From: Gordius albopunctatus
Lineage: Eukaryota
Assembly: GCA_964276515.1 (NCBI GenBank)
Contig: OZ193910.1
Location: 6,200,001-6,264,000, forward strand
Direction: 5' to 3'
DNA length: 64,000 nt
Shown here: positions 63,110-64,000 of the stretch, one piece after another
How the letters are laid out: each line of letters opens with the position of its first letter
Position numbering within the stretch: position 1 is the stretch's first letter
The notes under the pieces: model-generated
The model's input: the letters and a program-made list of their open reading frames with translations, nothing else
Database searches by the model: none
What the model was told of the DNA's origin: nothing
Translations under genes and position numbers: made by a program

Positions 63110-63696
63110 CAGTTGTTCCCCAAAAAGGAAGGGGGGGACCCGAGGGTCCGACTTGTAGTTCGTTTTTTCGTTGTTTTTACAAAACACATCTATACTCCAT
63201 ATAAACGTAGCCCATTTTTTATGCAATTTATGGGCTAAATAGGTGGGAAGAGGCCAGAATGCCTATGCGGTAGGAGGGGGCAGTGTTCAGGTAAGCAATT
63301 AGATAAATGTATACATTTTTGGCCTAAAAGTTAGCCGCCCACACCAACAAAAACTTACGCAATAAAAGCAAAAAGCTAGAGAAATTGCTAAAAGAAATTT
63401 ATATATCAAAGTGAAAGTTAACCGGTCAGACGAACAAAAAATCACAAAAAATCCCAAAAATTAAAAATGGTCATTATTATGTTTCAGGCAAATAAATTTA
63501 TTTTTTGCAGGGAATATTATTTGAAGAGCTCATTTGGTTTTAAAAAAAAGCTTTTTGGTATATGGAAAAAGTTTATTAAATTAGATTTTGTGATAGACTA
63601 TTTCTAATTTGACAAATTAACGTTTGAAAAATAATGTTGAAAGTTTTTACAAAGTTAAAATATATTATAATATTAACCATATTGCATAGCAATTAA
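63110..63696 (-). mobile_element. Divergent copy of the Helentron/DINE-like family
   Basis: CATCTATACTCC.TATAAACGTAGC...TATGCAATTTATGGG at ~63187-63235 and ATTGCATAGCAATTAA at ~63681. Confidence 0.6.
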
Positions 63697-63840
63697 TAAA
63701 TTAAACTTAATCATCCATAAAAATTTGATTCATAGAATTTTATTTTCAAAATTGCGGATTGTACTTTGATTTAAAAAACTCATTTTAGATCAGATAAAAT
63801 ATTTTTTAAAAATATTTCCGAACGGATTAAAATTTAATGA

Positions 63841-64000
63841 CCCCATGCTCCACCGTATCATTCTCATCTCTGAGTCTTGTAATAGCCTTCCTTCCTTTGT
63901 GTTTAATGCCCATGATTCACTTCACTTCCATAGAGTAACACCTGTCTTACGATGGATTTGTAAGCTTTGCTCTTCAACCATATTGGCATTTTCTTGTCGC
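63841..64000 (-). mobile_element. RTE-clade LINE fragment running off the window
   Basis: DKKMPIWLKSKAYKSIVRQVLLYGSE..WAL...EMRMIRWSMG. Confidence 0.8.

Overview
AT-rich animal (metazoan) genomic DNA with very short spliceosomal introns (33-55 nt) alongside a few multi-kb, transposon-packed introns. I rebuilt four host genes by hand with phase-consistent GT-AG junctions: a polypeptide GalNAc-transferase (minus, 12 exons), BCKDHA (plus, 7 exons), a divergent Smoothened (plus, 12 exons) and the 5' part of exosome subunit EXOSC6/MTR3 (minus). There is also an LRR single-pass membrane protein ORF and the last exon of an upstream gene. Much of the rest is mobile DNA: hAT elements and MITEs with 8-bp TSDs, MULE, piggyBac, RTE and CRE LINE relics, a three-level nest (hAT inside a Mag-type LTR element inside a CsRN1-type LTR element), and a DINE-1/pearl-like non-autonomous Helentron family with internal tandem repeats and tRNA-like B boxes. 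The most striking structure is a foldback hAT element in BCKDHA intron 3. It consists of two near-identical ~2-kb 3' halves of a transposase joined head-to-head around a 50-nt loop, so the host pre-mRNA should contain a very long anti-transposase hairpin, similar in architecture to maize Mu killer. An assembly gap sits at its centre, so it needs long-read confirmation. No CRISPR array, rRNA or intact tRNA gene was found, and the organism cannot be identified from this window.
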